Origin: Balanoglossus misakiensis
Lineage: Eukaryota; Animalia; Hemichordata
Reading direction: 5' to 3'
Assembly (NCBI GenBank): GCA_040954595.2
Contig: CM082588.2
Span: 3,598,156-3,662,155 of the forward strand
Length of the DNA: 64,000 nt
Made by a program: the position numbers and the translations under genes. Numbering within the stretch: position 1 is the stretch's first letter; the number at the start of each line of letters is the position of its first letter. Below, piece by piece: positions 27,201-45,043 of the stretch. Below the pieces are notes generated by a model that was not told where the DNA came from, did no database searches, and was given only the letters and a program-made list of their open reading frames with translations.

Positions 27201-30200
27201 AATGAGGGAAGTGCGCATTCTATCCCATAGGGAAGGACTTCGTAATATGCTCAGAAAATTATTCCGCGACAGTTGAGACCTTCTACATTAATTTGTAAGA
27301 CTGACATGATCAGACGTCACACGTGTGGACATGTTGTCATATTAGGTGATTAGTTCATCCTCTTGGTGACAGGTGGGGAAATAACAAACGTGAGATAGTA
27401 TTACACAGAGGTCGTTACAATACACAGATGCATGTCTTGATAATTATCTTTCGCGCCTTGGCCATAATTAGGTAAGGGGACCGGGCTACGCGTGTTGGAT
27501 CCTCGTACTTCATCTCGGCCGGTTTGTTCCCTGGGTGATTGATCATCCCGCCGCCTGACTCTCGTTTTTCACGTCGCGGTGAGCGATTTTGAGCCGCGGA
27601 AAATGACAGAGACACTTGTTGTCTAATCCCTGAAGACATCAGTCAAGTGACGCGTCGTGGCATGCCGCTCGAATGACAACTAATAGGGGCCTTCAACGGT
27701 ATTTGCGAGTTTTCAACTCTGCTGTGTCGTTTCGTAAATAAAGCATTCGCGTGCATTTGTCTTTGGTCTACATTAAATTGCTGGGCAAAGCGATGATTAA
27801 TTCAGTACATAGAACTAGATTACTAGAAAATGAGCAAACAAACGTCGCGTGGTATAGTTTTGAAACATGCAGTCGTTTTCTTTTAACCTGATCCTAAACA
27901 TCCTGTCCAGATCGTCAGATGGTGTAAGGGCACTAAATATGGTAAACATGGTAAAATTCAGCATAAAGTATGTAAAAATTAATGATTACATATTTATTCA
28001 TTCAGGTTTCATGAAGGAAGTCGATCCTACAGCACGATAAAGCTCGCTATTGTGACTTAACATTATGTCATACAGTTTAGATAACTATTTAATCCCTTTA
28101 TTTATGAAGGGAAATGGGATTTTGAACGCAGGTCGCACAAAATGAGATCGAATAAATTATGTCAGAGAGATCCGTGATGCGGCGTTATAGATGTAGCAAG
28201 TAGAAAATCTAATATCACGTCTTTCTGTCGGTGATGACGTCATTTAGTTTCCCTACATAACAAACTCAAATATTGCCTTCACGCTGTCAAACGTCACCAA
28301 CGATAATTGACTTCACCGAATGTGTGGTTCAAAAGGAAACAACAACGCACATGTCCTTGGCCAGATCAACTCAACGTATATTTGATTTTCTCCAATTTAT
28401 TTATGCTTTCCATTAAGTTATGGCAAATTAAGACGACCATAATCGTATTACCTACTGTTCTCCTTGTAGTTGGAGACCACCATACACGCACAGACATCTA
28501 ATCACTTACAACAGCACTTGAACAACTCTTGTGTCACAACTTAAAACTACGTGGTGATTACTTTCACTCCTTTTTGTGGGAAACCAGAGCCTGTAGATAA
28601 CATTTCACTTGATTAACGTTTGCGTTTGAGAATTTCTCCTTCTTTTACACACGCGTATGAGAGAACTTCATTTCTAAAGTTACAAAGCACACTATACGTA
28701 TAACAGATCTGCAAACTAACGTGCAGATAATTGATCTTGTGTGTTTCCAGATGTCTTATCGTTGCAGCCATCCTTATTTTTTGCCAGGTCGAAACGGAAA
28801 TGAATTATACAGCATGTTAAATGGGACATGGCGCCAGGTCTCTTGTCATACAATCTGATCATTTGCCTTGCGGTGAGAGAAATAGGAACTAACATATCTT
28901 TTCTTTATCATAATGTGAAGAATGCTGTCGCCTTTCAAGTCCTGGTGACTATACAAGAGCCTGTTTACCTCATAGGGTATTAGTACAGCACCTCCTGCTA
29001 CTCAAATTTCTTGAACTTCTATTCTCTTATGTAAAATTCTCAACACAGGACAGTTAGTTCAGAAGTCAGAAGAATATCACGATCAGAAACTTATCAATAT
29101 AATTTTGCGTTCACTGGATGAGCTCAACTATTACATTTCACGTCCATTATCGATCATCTGGAGGAGAATCCTCGTGAAAATCAATTTACCAAACACAAGA
29201 GAATTCTGACCTTTCACCCAAAATGTAGCATTTAATATTGCTATACGATAGCATCAGCATCAGTGAAATTAATTTCAATTTCCCGTCGGTTTCACGAATC
29301 CAAATGGCCGTCGCCTTGACACGGTCCATGATTGTATACATAATCCATATGTCAAACTGGGTAATTTTCCTAGGCTTTATTAATCTCGAATACTAATATT
29401 GAATGTGAGATTATATTCAGTAAGTTAAGGGTTCCATTTTCCTGACTTGTTTGTTATTGCGTGGTTCGTAACCTTTGACACGCTTGAGAATCGCCTTCCC
29501 ACTTTACACTGTCCGTGTAATCCGGTTTTCAAGAAACAGGGAAAAGGCCGCGAAGATGGAAAGACGGCTTTGGTGGAACTCGGGAGATTGAAAGAATGGT
29601 GAGTTGACTCAATCAAATGTCGATCTCGGTTCTCAGGCAGTGAATTGTAATTACTGTGAAATGGTGCAACGCTGGATTAATAATCATGGAGCTAGAGATG
29701 CGTTTCGTATTAGCATTCGATGGGTAGGATGAGCTTCTTGTTCATGGAAATGCCAACGAGAGAGGAGAAACTACGGGCCTATAGTCGTGGCCTAAATTCT
29801 GCAGCCCTGAGACTTCTCAGTATGCAGAGCATCGTTCAGTACACAAGAATGATTGAAACGTTCGCTGATTAAAATTCCTAAACTGCCAATTTTGCAACGT
29901 TTCTGTCACCACACACCTATCATGCGGTTTCGAACGGTTGCAAGTCTCAGTGTGTTCCCATGGCGACGGCCTTTTTCTGCCAGATAACGACAATCTGCAG
30001 CGATATTACTTGCTCGTTTTAAAACTACGATGGAGGGGGAAGCTTTGTCATGATGCATCGACGTATATTACAGTTATTCTGCGTCGAGAAATTGAAAATC
30101 GCGTTGACATAGGCTCAAAAGCTGAATCAACCGCCTTCAGCCTTTCTTCAGGGTTTATAGTTTATGCATTAGCGGTTGCCTTATACTCTCCATCACAATG

Positions 30201-30960
30201 AGTTTCTCAATTTCTGAAGATATTTGCGGCTACTGTGCAGTAACAATGCTGATGGCGTGTTTGTAAACAGAAAATCGCACTTGCGCAGCGCGGACGATTC
30301 CCCCGTTAAATCGTACGTGCAAGACAACGAAGACAAAACCGTACCTTTACTGATGAAGTCTGAACCCGTGGGAGCGTCGTCGCTTTCAACAATATCCGAG
30401 ACATCCTTAATGTGTAGTTCAGTGAAGTTTGCCTAGAAATGAAAAAAAGTTAAGAAATGTTTACTGTAATTTTTTCCAGCACTGGAAAACGGTTCTTAAA
30501 AATAACTTTCAAACACAATGACTACCATACTATAGAGGGCGTTGTGGCACTGAAAAGTGTATGGTAGAGAACACACTCTTTTAATCCTTGATCATGTTTA
30601 CGACATTGTCGATGACCTTGCTTGTCAAAGACCTACACCCTTGCCTTTGCCGTTTGTCGGAACCACAGTATACAAGATAAATATATCTCCGACAAGGGCT
30701 TATATATATAGCGTAATCTGAGATAAAATAAACTGACTGATCTCCCCAATTTACTTCGGCCTCGTCATACCTTCCATACCACTCAGTTCCACATAGTTTT
30801 GTAGTTATGATGTTTTTAGTTGTTCGGATTGTATTTATTAATTTTACGACAGGGAGAATGAATTTTAATGGGACTGTCTGACAGAAGCGGTAAATTGTAT
30901 GAATGAAAGTGTAAATGAGAATTCCTAGAAAATACTGGTGATTTCAGTTACATGTATATG

Positions 30961-31060
30961 CGTCTCTTTCTCTCCCCCTTTCTCTTCCTCCTTCTCCTCC
31001 TCCTCCTCATCATCACCACCACCACCAGCACAACCACCAAGAACAACAACACAAGCAGCA
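30961..31060. repeat. Low-complexity trinucleotide mosaic (CTC/CAT/CAC/CAA/CAG)
   Basis: ctcctcctcctcctcatcatcaccaccaccaccagcacaaccaccaagaacaacaac; no splice or ORF support. Confidence 0.7.
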
Positions 31061-31798
31061 TAATTAGCACAAAATCCGTCGAACTAAGACGACACAAATA
31101 TCGCCAGGTCAAATGACCCGCCGTGCTAGTCTACGATTTTGCCAGCGACACTGGTGCGCATTCCAGTCGCATTCCATAAGCAGCATGCTCATCATAGGAG
31201 AAATTACTTCGGTAAAAAATAATTCACAAAAAGAATTACTTAAAGACCAAGACACGTGTTTGTCAGCAGGCCTAGCGGGCTGAATTTCAACCACGTGGCC
31301 TGCCGGCTGTCACCATATATTATTACGTGCTGAAGTGTTGCATTAATGATGACTCAAAGTATTGGCAATTGAGTGCAAGCGTTTGGTAATTTTGAAGAAA
31401 AATTGACGTCCAACTGACGTCAAAGGCTGACGTCAAAACTGCTTCGATGTTTCATTAAAAGTTCAGGTTTGACGTCCCCATCTTCTCGAAACATCGTTGG
31501 TTTATTTTATTTAAACGCGATCATTACCAAAAGGTTAATGTAATTTCTTGAAATAAGATCGTAACAATAGTAAATGTCATTTTGGCATTTAATTTTTAAT
31601 AAACGAAAATCCGTTTGGTTGAGATGGTACTGTACAGGGAGGCCAAGCAGATTATGTTTCAGACATACATAAGTTGATGTTTCACATTTTTCGAATTCGC
31701 AGGTCAGCCGTTCCTAGTGAAACTTAGTGACGTCACGGGTAGAAGTGTTGGGATACCCTAGACATCTTGCACATTCTCTGTCGGAGACGGTTTCCAAG

Positions 31799-33372
31799 AT
31801 GGCGACTTACTCGGGACTAGCGACCGAATCGTTCTTTACGACGTTTTCGGCCGAAGGCAACGCGTCTGACACCCCGCCGAACGACAGCTCTTGCCAACTG
31901 TGGGTGCTGCCGCAACATGGCGTCTACCAAATCGGCAACTTCGTCTTGGCGACCGGATTTTTGGTTCCTGCAAACGCCGGAATTTACCAGTCGCTCTGGG
32001 TTCGGGTAATGCTCTGCATAACATTCGCTTGCTATGTTATATGGGCCGGCCCCGTGAACTGCTTTCCGGACGCGCTGGGATGGTCGCTGGTCTTTCTCAT
32101 CATTAACATCTGCCAGGTGATTTTCATCATCTACAACGTCATGCCGGTCAAATTCGAAGATGACATGGAGGATGTGTACAACGCTTTGTTCAAACCGTTC
32201 AACATCACTCCGCAACAGTTCAAAAGATTGGTCGACAACAATGGAGAACTTTTCGAATTGGCCGCGACAGGAAACTATGCTATCGAGGGTCGGACTGCAG
32301 TTGACGAAAAATTAAGTCTGCTTGTTTCCGGAAGGTCGTTATATATTTACTTTTCTGTATATATGTACGCCTACTACTATGTAGCACCTTCCAATGAATG
32401 AATGAATGAAATTCTACTTTTCGAATCATGAAATGCGTGCAACTATAGACTGAGAAAGTTTCGTGAAAACCAAAGCAAGTCAAAGTTGTTCATTGGTGGC
32501 GCTGAAAAGTAGATTTTCCGATATAATTTTGTTACTGATACAACGCTTTTCATTAAAAATACTTTTCTCTAATAACTTTCTGTGGTCAGTGTTATCTGAA
32601 GTAGAAATACTGTAGCTGTAAACCTCTTTCACTTCAATCTCGCACAGGTTCCGAGTAACAGCAGAAGGGACATTCCTTCATAATGTTGAGAAAAATCAGT
32701 TCCTTGACTCGCCAGAGTGGGAATCTTGTACTCCTGGAGCTGGGCATACTTTCCAGGTAGTAGACATTCCGAGTTGTTGCTTTTCGATCTATTACACACA
32801 AGTTTGTTATTCTACAGTCTGGCATACCGATGATGCCCTCTACCTATGTTAATAGCAATGCATTTGTTTTTGTGCAGGTGACGATTACTGCCGTGGAGAA
32901 GTCCAGGTACATTCAGTGGTCTCGCAAGCAGATCAAGAACTTCTTGCAGAAAGAGCCGTTCATGAAAGCCGTCTTCGAGACTTTGATCGGCAAGGACATC
33001 ATGACGAAGCTGTACTCCCTGAACTCCGCGCCGCAGCAGCAGGAGCCGACCAGCCCGACCAGCCCCACCATCGAAATAACCGAGGAGCTGGCGACGGAGA
33101 CGACCGACACGGAAGACCGCGAGGACAGGGATCGGAAGTCGGACTTCCAGCATCAGTGGAGCCCAGTGAGGGACGACAGCGACATCGAGAGCCTGCAGTC
33201 GGAGTCCGGCAGCACTCCGAGCATGAAGTCGTGTCTGTCCATGGTCGACATTCGCGCCAGCATCGCGTCCGGGAAAGGCGCTGGTCCGCGGGGACTGGCA
33301 AGTCGTCTAGACGGCATCGGATCCAGCTACTCCCAAAGTGAGAAACAAAATCTGAAGGCAATCTCTGAATAA
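31799..33372 (+). CDS. POPDC: Popeye domain-containing protein (BVES/POPDC family), copy 2, ~379 aa
   Basis: Exons 31799-32334, 32648-32756 and 32878-33372 join in frame, with the same intron positions and phases as copy 1. Sequons NAS/NDS, three TM-like segments, motifs FLDSPEW and FQ|VT, and an acidic Ser-rich tail. Acceptor at 31702 upstream of the ATG. Confidence 0.92.
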
Positions 33373-34403
33373 TCATCCTTTACCTCTTCGTCGCCATCTT
33401 TTCTTTTCTTTTCTTGTACATGTACCGACTTTTCCTTCCAACCTTACTGGTCACTTAGTACTTTTTTAATTCACCCCAACCAGCAAGGATGTATGACCAA
33501 TATGAACAAGGATCTTGCCACTGTGCCGTGGACTTCACATGCATAAATCTCTTTACAAGTATCATGGGATTGGTCAGTTTCCATGGTGACATGAATTAAC
33601 ATATATTATAGTGCTCATACATCCTTGCATGTAAGTCTGTGTCAGTAGATCAGTAAAATTATTCTTGTATCTCCTGTTTTGTCTCACTTCCCCTGTTTGT
33701 ACATTTTGATAGCAAAGACTTCTGGAAAATCGCTACAGAAAATCCTTGGAATTTAGTGAATTGGAGTTTATGAAGTGGTTGATTTAGCCATGGATATTTA
33801 TTGGGAATGTTAACTGGACTAAAATTAGACTTGGTTTAAGAAAATTACTACAAACTGGTTTGACGTTTGCAGTAATTAAACCATGGTCGTCTTCAGTTAT
33901 TTATTGTTGTTGACCACCCGTATATGTATGTCTTTACCATTAAAAATCCATTTTAGATGTCTACTAGTTACTCCTTTTCGTCTGTAATTCATAATTGTCG
34001 TCTATTCCTTGTGTATTGTCCGCGGTATCCCTCTATATATTGTGAATATTCTATGTAGTTAATTCTGTACCACACATTTTCCTTCTAACAATATTTCCTG
34101 TGGCTTTAAGTAACATATTGCATGAACCAATCTCGCTTCTCAGCTGATAATGTTAATAATAATAATACTAATGGCTCCACCTTATTTTAGACCACTGGTT
34201 TGTTTCATTTTGGGCTAATTTTAGACTTTTTTCTCTTTTCTTTTTATGCTTTCTGCATTTTGTGACAGCTTCGAACGGCCTACTAAAGCCCCCTAGTTTG
34301 ATGGAAAGTTACAGCTGCAGCTCGGCCAGTATGTACTACAGTGCACCAGATTTTGAATCGACTGTGTGAGTCTTGCTGTGAGATTGGGACTAAAAATCGC
34401 ACG

Positions 34404-34639
34404 TAGTCTGGTTCTCCGCACTAACATAAAGGGTCAGGTATGCGCCATTCTATCCATGGCTGTCATTGGCCAAAATACAGAGCACCAAAAAGTATCAAGC
34501 ATTCTCATTGGTCAATGGTAGATGTCTGTGAATTTGTTGTCAGGCAACAACCATTTTGCCCAGAATCTAGGTAAAATGGCCGCCGCATACCAGACCCTAT
34601 TCATTGGCAACGCACAGCCAGCAATAGGGAACCAGACTA
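34404..34639. mobile_element. MITE-like non-autonomous DNA transposon (TAG...CTA termini)
   Basis: Terminal inverted repeats TAGTCTGGTTC / GAACCAGACTA plus an inner inverted pair AGGGTCAGGTATGCG / CGCATACCAGACCCT (1 mismatch). No ORF; target-site duplication not clean. Confidence 0.7.
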
Positions 34640-35193
34640 AAATACACACAGCCTCAGTTGTCAGGTGGCAGATTTAACATCTTACAATGGACAAAATACC
34701 TTGCAATAAATTCACTTGCCTGTTTTCTGTTTCTTGTGATGTGAACGAAGCTTGCCTCATCTGTGGATTTTCTAAAGGTGTACATTTACTAGAACCAGTT
34801 ACATGCAGTTCTGTGGACACAATAAAGAACCATAGCCTGATCTGTTTAGTAATTACATCATATGTAGACACATGCATATTTACATATTTATTGGCAACAC
34901 AGAACAACAATTTTCAAAAAACCCACAAAGTTACAGTACACCCCTTTAATATAAGCTAGATTCTCAGATAAACATGTTGAAATTCACTGCTGTTAAATGT
35001 TAATCTTTGTCCCAAGACACCAGTACAGCACCATATAATACATGTACTCTCTTGAAGATGTAATATGATGTAAGTTTGTTCATACATTTCTTGGTTATTC
35101 CTTAACATTAATAATAAAACTGGAATGTCTGGTTTTGTCAAAATGCAAGTCTTTGTCATAAAACAACAACTTCGGTACAGTTATGCGTCTTAC

Positions 35194-36087
<894 letters not shown>

Positions 36088-36703
36088 GTTCATGTAGTAA
36101 AGAGTTCAGCTGTTCCAAGCTTATACACTATGTGACGATGGGGGCGTCTCACTATGCAAATGATAGTTTTCAGTACTTTTTCGGTCGCATAAATTTAATA
36201 CATAAACCCTTATATACCAATCTGTTACACTGGGTTTTATCTCAAAGATGTAAAATGTTAGAGCTCAATACTGTCCAGCAGTAGACTGGCTTTTGAATGG
36301 CACAGGGAAAGTTACTTCACCACATGCATACACACAGAGGTACCACCAAGACTGTGACAGAGTAATTTCTTAGAATTTTAATGATCACTCACCAAAGGTT
36401 ACTGATGAATACAGACCAACAGAAAGAGAATCAATAAACAAAAATTGCGAAGGAATGCTAGAACTTAATCAGCCTCAATTGTCTGTCTCAGTTCCCATCT
36501 CAACTTGTCACATAAAATCATAATTGCACATCACAGTGGCTAAATTTGCATAGGTGATTTCATATTATACTTTATCATAAGTCTGCATTGGTTTTAATTT
36601 GCCTCATTCTTCAATACCATGTATATATTCTATCCCAGCCTGTGTCTCCTTAGTCAATGTAGGTATCAGCCTCATAGACTTGCAACTAATTTAATTTCAG
36701 TGT

Positions 36704-38481
<1,778 letters not shown>

Positions 38482-38821
38482 TCACTATATTTTGACATGT
38501 TTGCCATGGCTGAGCTGGGCTCATGTTAGTGCTGTATAAACTAGATATATACATCTGATTTTAATCAGATTGGTACAAACCCAGCATATAAGTGCCCACC
38601 ATGCACATGCTTGTCCAATCACACCAATCTAATCACACATATTCATGCCACTCACTCTACAATTTGAGTCAATGTTGCTGAAATCGTTTTTGATTAAACA
38701 GTACAAAATATAAAGTGTTTAATGGCAACATCAACAAAATGACTGAAACAACGTAGCAACAAATGGTTGTGTGTTCCTCAATTTTATTTTCTATTAAAAA
38801 CAAGAACAACCACCACCAACC

Positions 38822-38917
38822 TACAGTAGAAACTTGTAGACAGGTCACCTATCTCTAAAGGCCGGTTTTTATAAGCAAAAGTTCCCTGACTGGCCACTAA
38901 AGATAAGTTTGCACTGT
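38822..38917. mobile_element. Possible degenerate Tc1/pogo-type MITE remnant
   Basis: TA-CAGTAGAAAC ... GTTTGCACTG imperfect inverted ends, ~95 bp. Confidence 0.35.
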
Positions 38918-39156
38918 GCTGGAGGTAATGAAAAGTTTGGTATATTCAGTGTAATACAAGTCATAGAAAAGTCCTGAGTATAAAGTTCAGCCCACCAGTC
39001 AAGAAAAGCTAATCAATGCATTGTGTGGCACGTATACAAGAGACTATGAAGCCACTGTTTCTCTGGCATGAACCCAAAGCAACTTAATCTGTTGATGTGA
39101 GAATCCCACACATGTATCCATGACTGTCTATTGCTTGGTTGTCATGGCTACTGTCT

Positions 39157-41810
<2,654 letters not shown>

Positions 41811-41982
41811 GTTTGACGGAGTTGTAAATTGTCAGGTGATTACGCCCAGTAACTCACGTGACAAGTTTTTAGCAGACAGGGTCAAGGGTCACATAAATCA
41901 CGTGTGAGCTCCCTTACACAACCATACCAGGGCAGAACACCGGCGAATACACAGGCGAGGTGTATCGGCTCAGCTCAAAAGT
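41811..41982. promoter_or_regulatory. Putative bidirectional promoter between BDH2-A and PDXK
   Basis: Only 172 bp separate the divergent ATGs; CpG-rich surroundings; E-boxes TCACGTGA (41854) and CACGTG (41899); DR1 GGGTCA-A-GGGTCA (41879-41891). Confidence 0.75.
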
Positions 41983-44900
41983 ATGGCATTTTCTGACAAG
42001 CGTGTTCTATCGATCCAAAGCCATGTCGTCTCTGGCTATGTCGGGAACAAATCGGCAACATTCCCGATGCAGGTATGTCGTAAATTTAACCTAGCCGCTG
42101 CGGCTCTGATGAAATGGACACCGGTCGTGTACAACGTACACACGTTGAATCCATACAGGGACTGAGGGACTATCACTGGTCCCCTAATCAACCAGTGATC
42201 GCCCCAAAGCAACTGGAAAATCTCAGCAGGCGAGGTTAAAGGTTGCATAATCACAATCAGGGCAGAACACAGGCGAATACACAGGCGAGGTAGAGGCGCA
42301 GCTCAAAAGTATGGCATTTTCTGACAAACGTGTTTTGTCGATTTCAAGCCATGTTGTCTCTGGCTACGTCGGGAACAAATCGACAACATTCCCGATGCAG
42401 GTATGGACACCGGTCGGTCAGTGCACAACGTACACATTGAAGCCAGTCAGGGACTCTGCACTGTAACCCCATGATCACAGACCCTCAAAATCAACCTGTG
42501 ATCGCCCTACTGATCTATGAGGCAACTGGAAAATTGTTGTTGTTTTTTTTTCGATCAGTGAGGCTTTCCGATTCGACATGTTCTAGCGTATTTTAATATA
42601 CTAATACAATGTATTGTGTCCTCAAAATATGACTGTGTCATAGAATGCAGTATATATAGCTTGTTGCCTTATTTGTGGATTAGCCTGGCCACATGTGCTT
42701 TTTAATAACAAGCTGTATACATTTTGCAACTTTTTAGTTTCAAAATTATACACATATGGCAGTAACAAGAAAGGATAGATCTTGTGATCAGTATAAATTC
42801 ATAATGAAAATTGGTAAAATTGCCCCCATTACTGCCAGAGCTGAATTATCATTTGATTAGGCAGTTCATAGCTGCTAAGAATGGCAGTCATGGTTAAAAA
42901 GGCCAATTGGGAGCAGGACCAATTGTAAGGTGACACTGCATGGAAGAAACTGCCAGCAGCCAGACAGTATTGTTCAACTCGGAGTGACCCTTTGATCTTT
43001 CTTCTCTCAAAGAATGTTTTCATTCAAATGCAACACACAGCATAAGCAGCATGATGTACGGTCTTATTGCCAGAAGTTCTTCTCAATGAAACAAAAAAAA
43101 ATCAAATTACTTCTTGCTGTTTTCATTTTTACCGATGAAACCAAAGTTAATTCAGACACATTGTAAGCTGTTTCTCATTAACCAAAGCCAGTTTCTTATG
43201 CAAACCACAGTGACTATCTGAGATCATATAACATTTATCCAAGTTGAGCCAAATAGGTCGGGTCACTTTGGAATCAGAATATCAATGTACTGTTTGCAAT
43301 TACTGATTGTATCGCGTGTTTCTTGACAGGTACTTGGGTATGAAGTCGACAGCATCAATTCCGTACAGCTTTGTAATCACACAGGGTATAAAGTTTTCCA
43401 GGGACAAGTTTTAAATGCGGAGGAGCTGGCAACGTTGTATGAAGGGCTGAAATTAAACAATATTGACCGATATTCCCATGTACTCACAGGTAGGTAGTGT
43501 GATTGCCTTTCTTACGCATGGCAAAGTACCATTAAAGGGACACAGTCACCTCTCCTGACATTATTTGGGTGACCCCCAAGTAGTTTCTTCTTATAACCTA
43601 ATAATGTTGTTCATCTCACTGAAATACATGTATGCTCAGTGAATGGTTAAAACTTAACCTGCTGTATATGAGAATAACATCTGAATAATTTTTGGTACCC
43701 TCTATAATATATGGCAGTATTTATGTGGTGTATTCACATACAGGGTACGAGTTGGAAGAAACAACACCTTATAAATATCTCTTTTGTCTCTTTGTACAGG
43801 TTATTCAGGTTCAGAATCATTCCTTCTCGAAGTTGTGAACATTGTCAAGGAAATGAAGGAGAAAAACCCGAAAACTTTATACGTCTGCGATCCGGTTCTC
43901 GGTGATTACGGTGTCGGTTACTACGTCCCCAAGGAACTGATGCCAATATACAGAGACCAACTGCTACCACTGTCAGATATTGTAACGCCAAATCAATTTG
44001 AAGCTGAGTAAGTACATGTACACTGTGACAAAGAGGTATCTCTTTTACATGGAAATGATTACCATCACACTTTCCAAGGGGAGAGAGAGCGAGACAGAGT
44101 GAGAGAGAGAAAGGGGGGGGGGGGGACAGGCGCTTGAATTTTTCTATTCCTTCCACCCAACAGGTTACTCACAGGTATGACCATCAAAACGGAAGAAGAT
44201 GCCATGAAATGTATGGAAAAAATACACAGTCTAGGTGTCAAGAATATAGTTATCAGCAGTACAGAGTTAGCAGAAAGAGATGATACTCTGCTGTTGCTGG
44301 GAAGTCAAATGATCGGTAAGCATGCCTCAACATTGATGTTGCCATATTGCCTGTATGCATTTCAGTGTTCGTTTTTGTTAATGCATTTATGTTATTGTTT
44401 GTAATATACCAAGTACACATAATCTATTCATCTGTTTTTATAGGTGATAAGAAAAGAGTTATAAAACTTGAGATGAAGAAATTTGATGCTCATTACACTG
44501 GTACAGGTGATTTGTTTACAGCTCTTTTGCTTGTATGGAGCCATCAACACCCAGACAACTTAGCCGTGAGTACAGTTATACTTGATTTTAAAGTCAACGT
44601 TGTTTTCAGTAAGCGTAATTGAGTTTTTGCCAGAAACATCAAAAATATGATATCTCTGTACAATAATACAGAATGTATTGGAGATTAAGTTATTATTGTT
44701 AGACCATCAAATACCTTTCTAAACCTGTTTACAGCTTGCTTGTGAGAAGACGATATCGACTATGCAGGTTATGCTGAAGAGGACATTAGAGGCTGCTAGG
44801 GGTGAGTGATTATGGGCATGCATTTTAACTGGTTAAACTTTGTTGCTAAATTTGATGAAACATGCCACAGATATTGATCTCACAGACATCTGAATGTTCT

Positions 44901-45043
44901 TGTCAATGTGTCTTCTTGCAGAGCTCGCCGGGCCAGGAAATGCTCCCAACGTCGCGCAGATTGAGCTGCGCATGGTGCAGAGTAAGAAAGACATTGAGGA
45001 GCCGCCCACTGATCTGGTCAAAGCGGTCGTCATCGAGAAATGA
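41983..45043 (+). CDS. PDXK: Pyridoxal kinase, ~306 aa
   Basis: Exons 41983-42072, 43330-43489, 43800-44007, 44164-44315, 44444-44565, 44735-44801 and 44922-45043 total 921 nt. Motifs [41 protein letters not shown] and ELRMVQS. Confidence 0.96.
42258..42520 (+). repeat. Tandem duplicate (~330-bp offset) of the PDXK 5' region including a second exon 1 (42311-42400)
   Basis: CAGGGCAGAACAC..GGCGAATACACAGGCGAGG..CAGCTCAAAAGTATG recurs; exon 1b reads [30 protein letters not shown]|GTATG. Confidence 0.9.
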
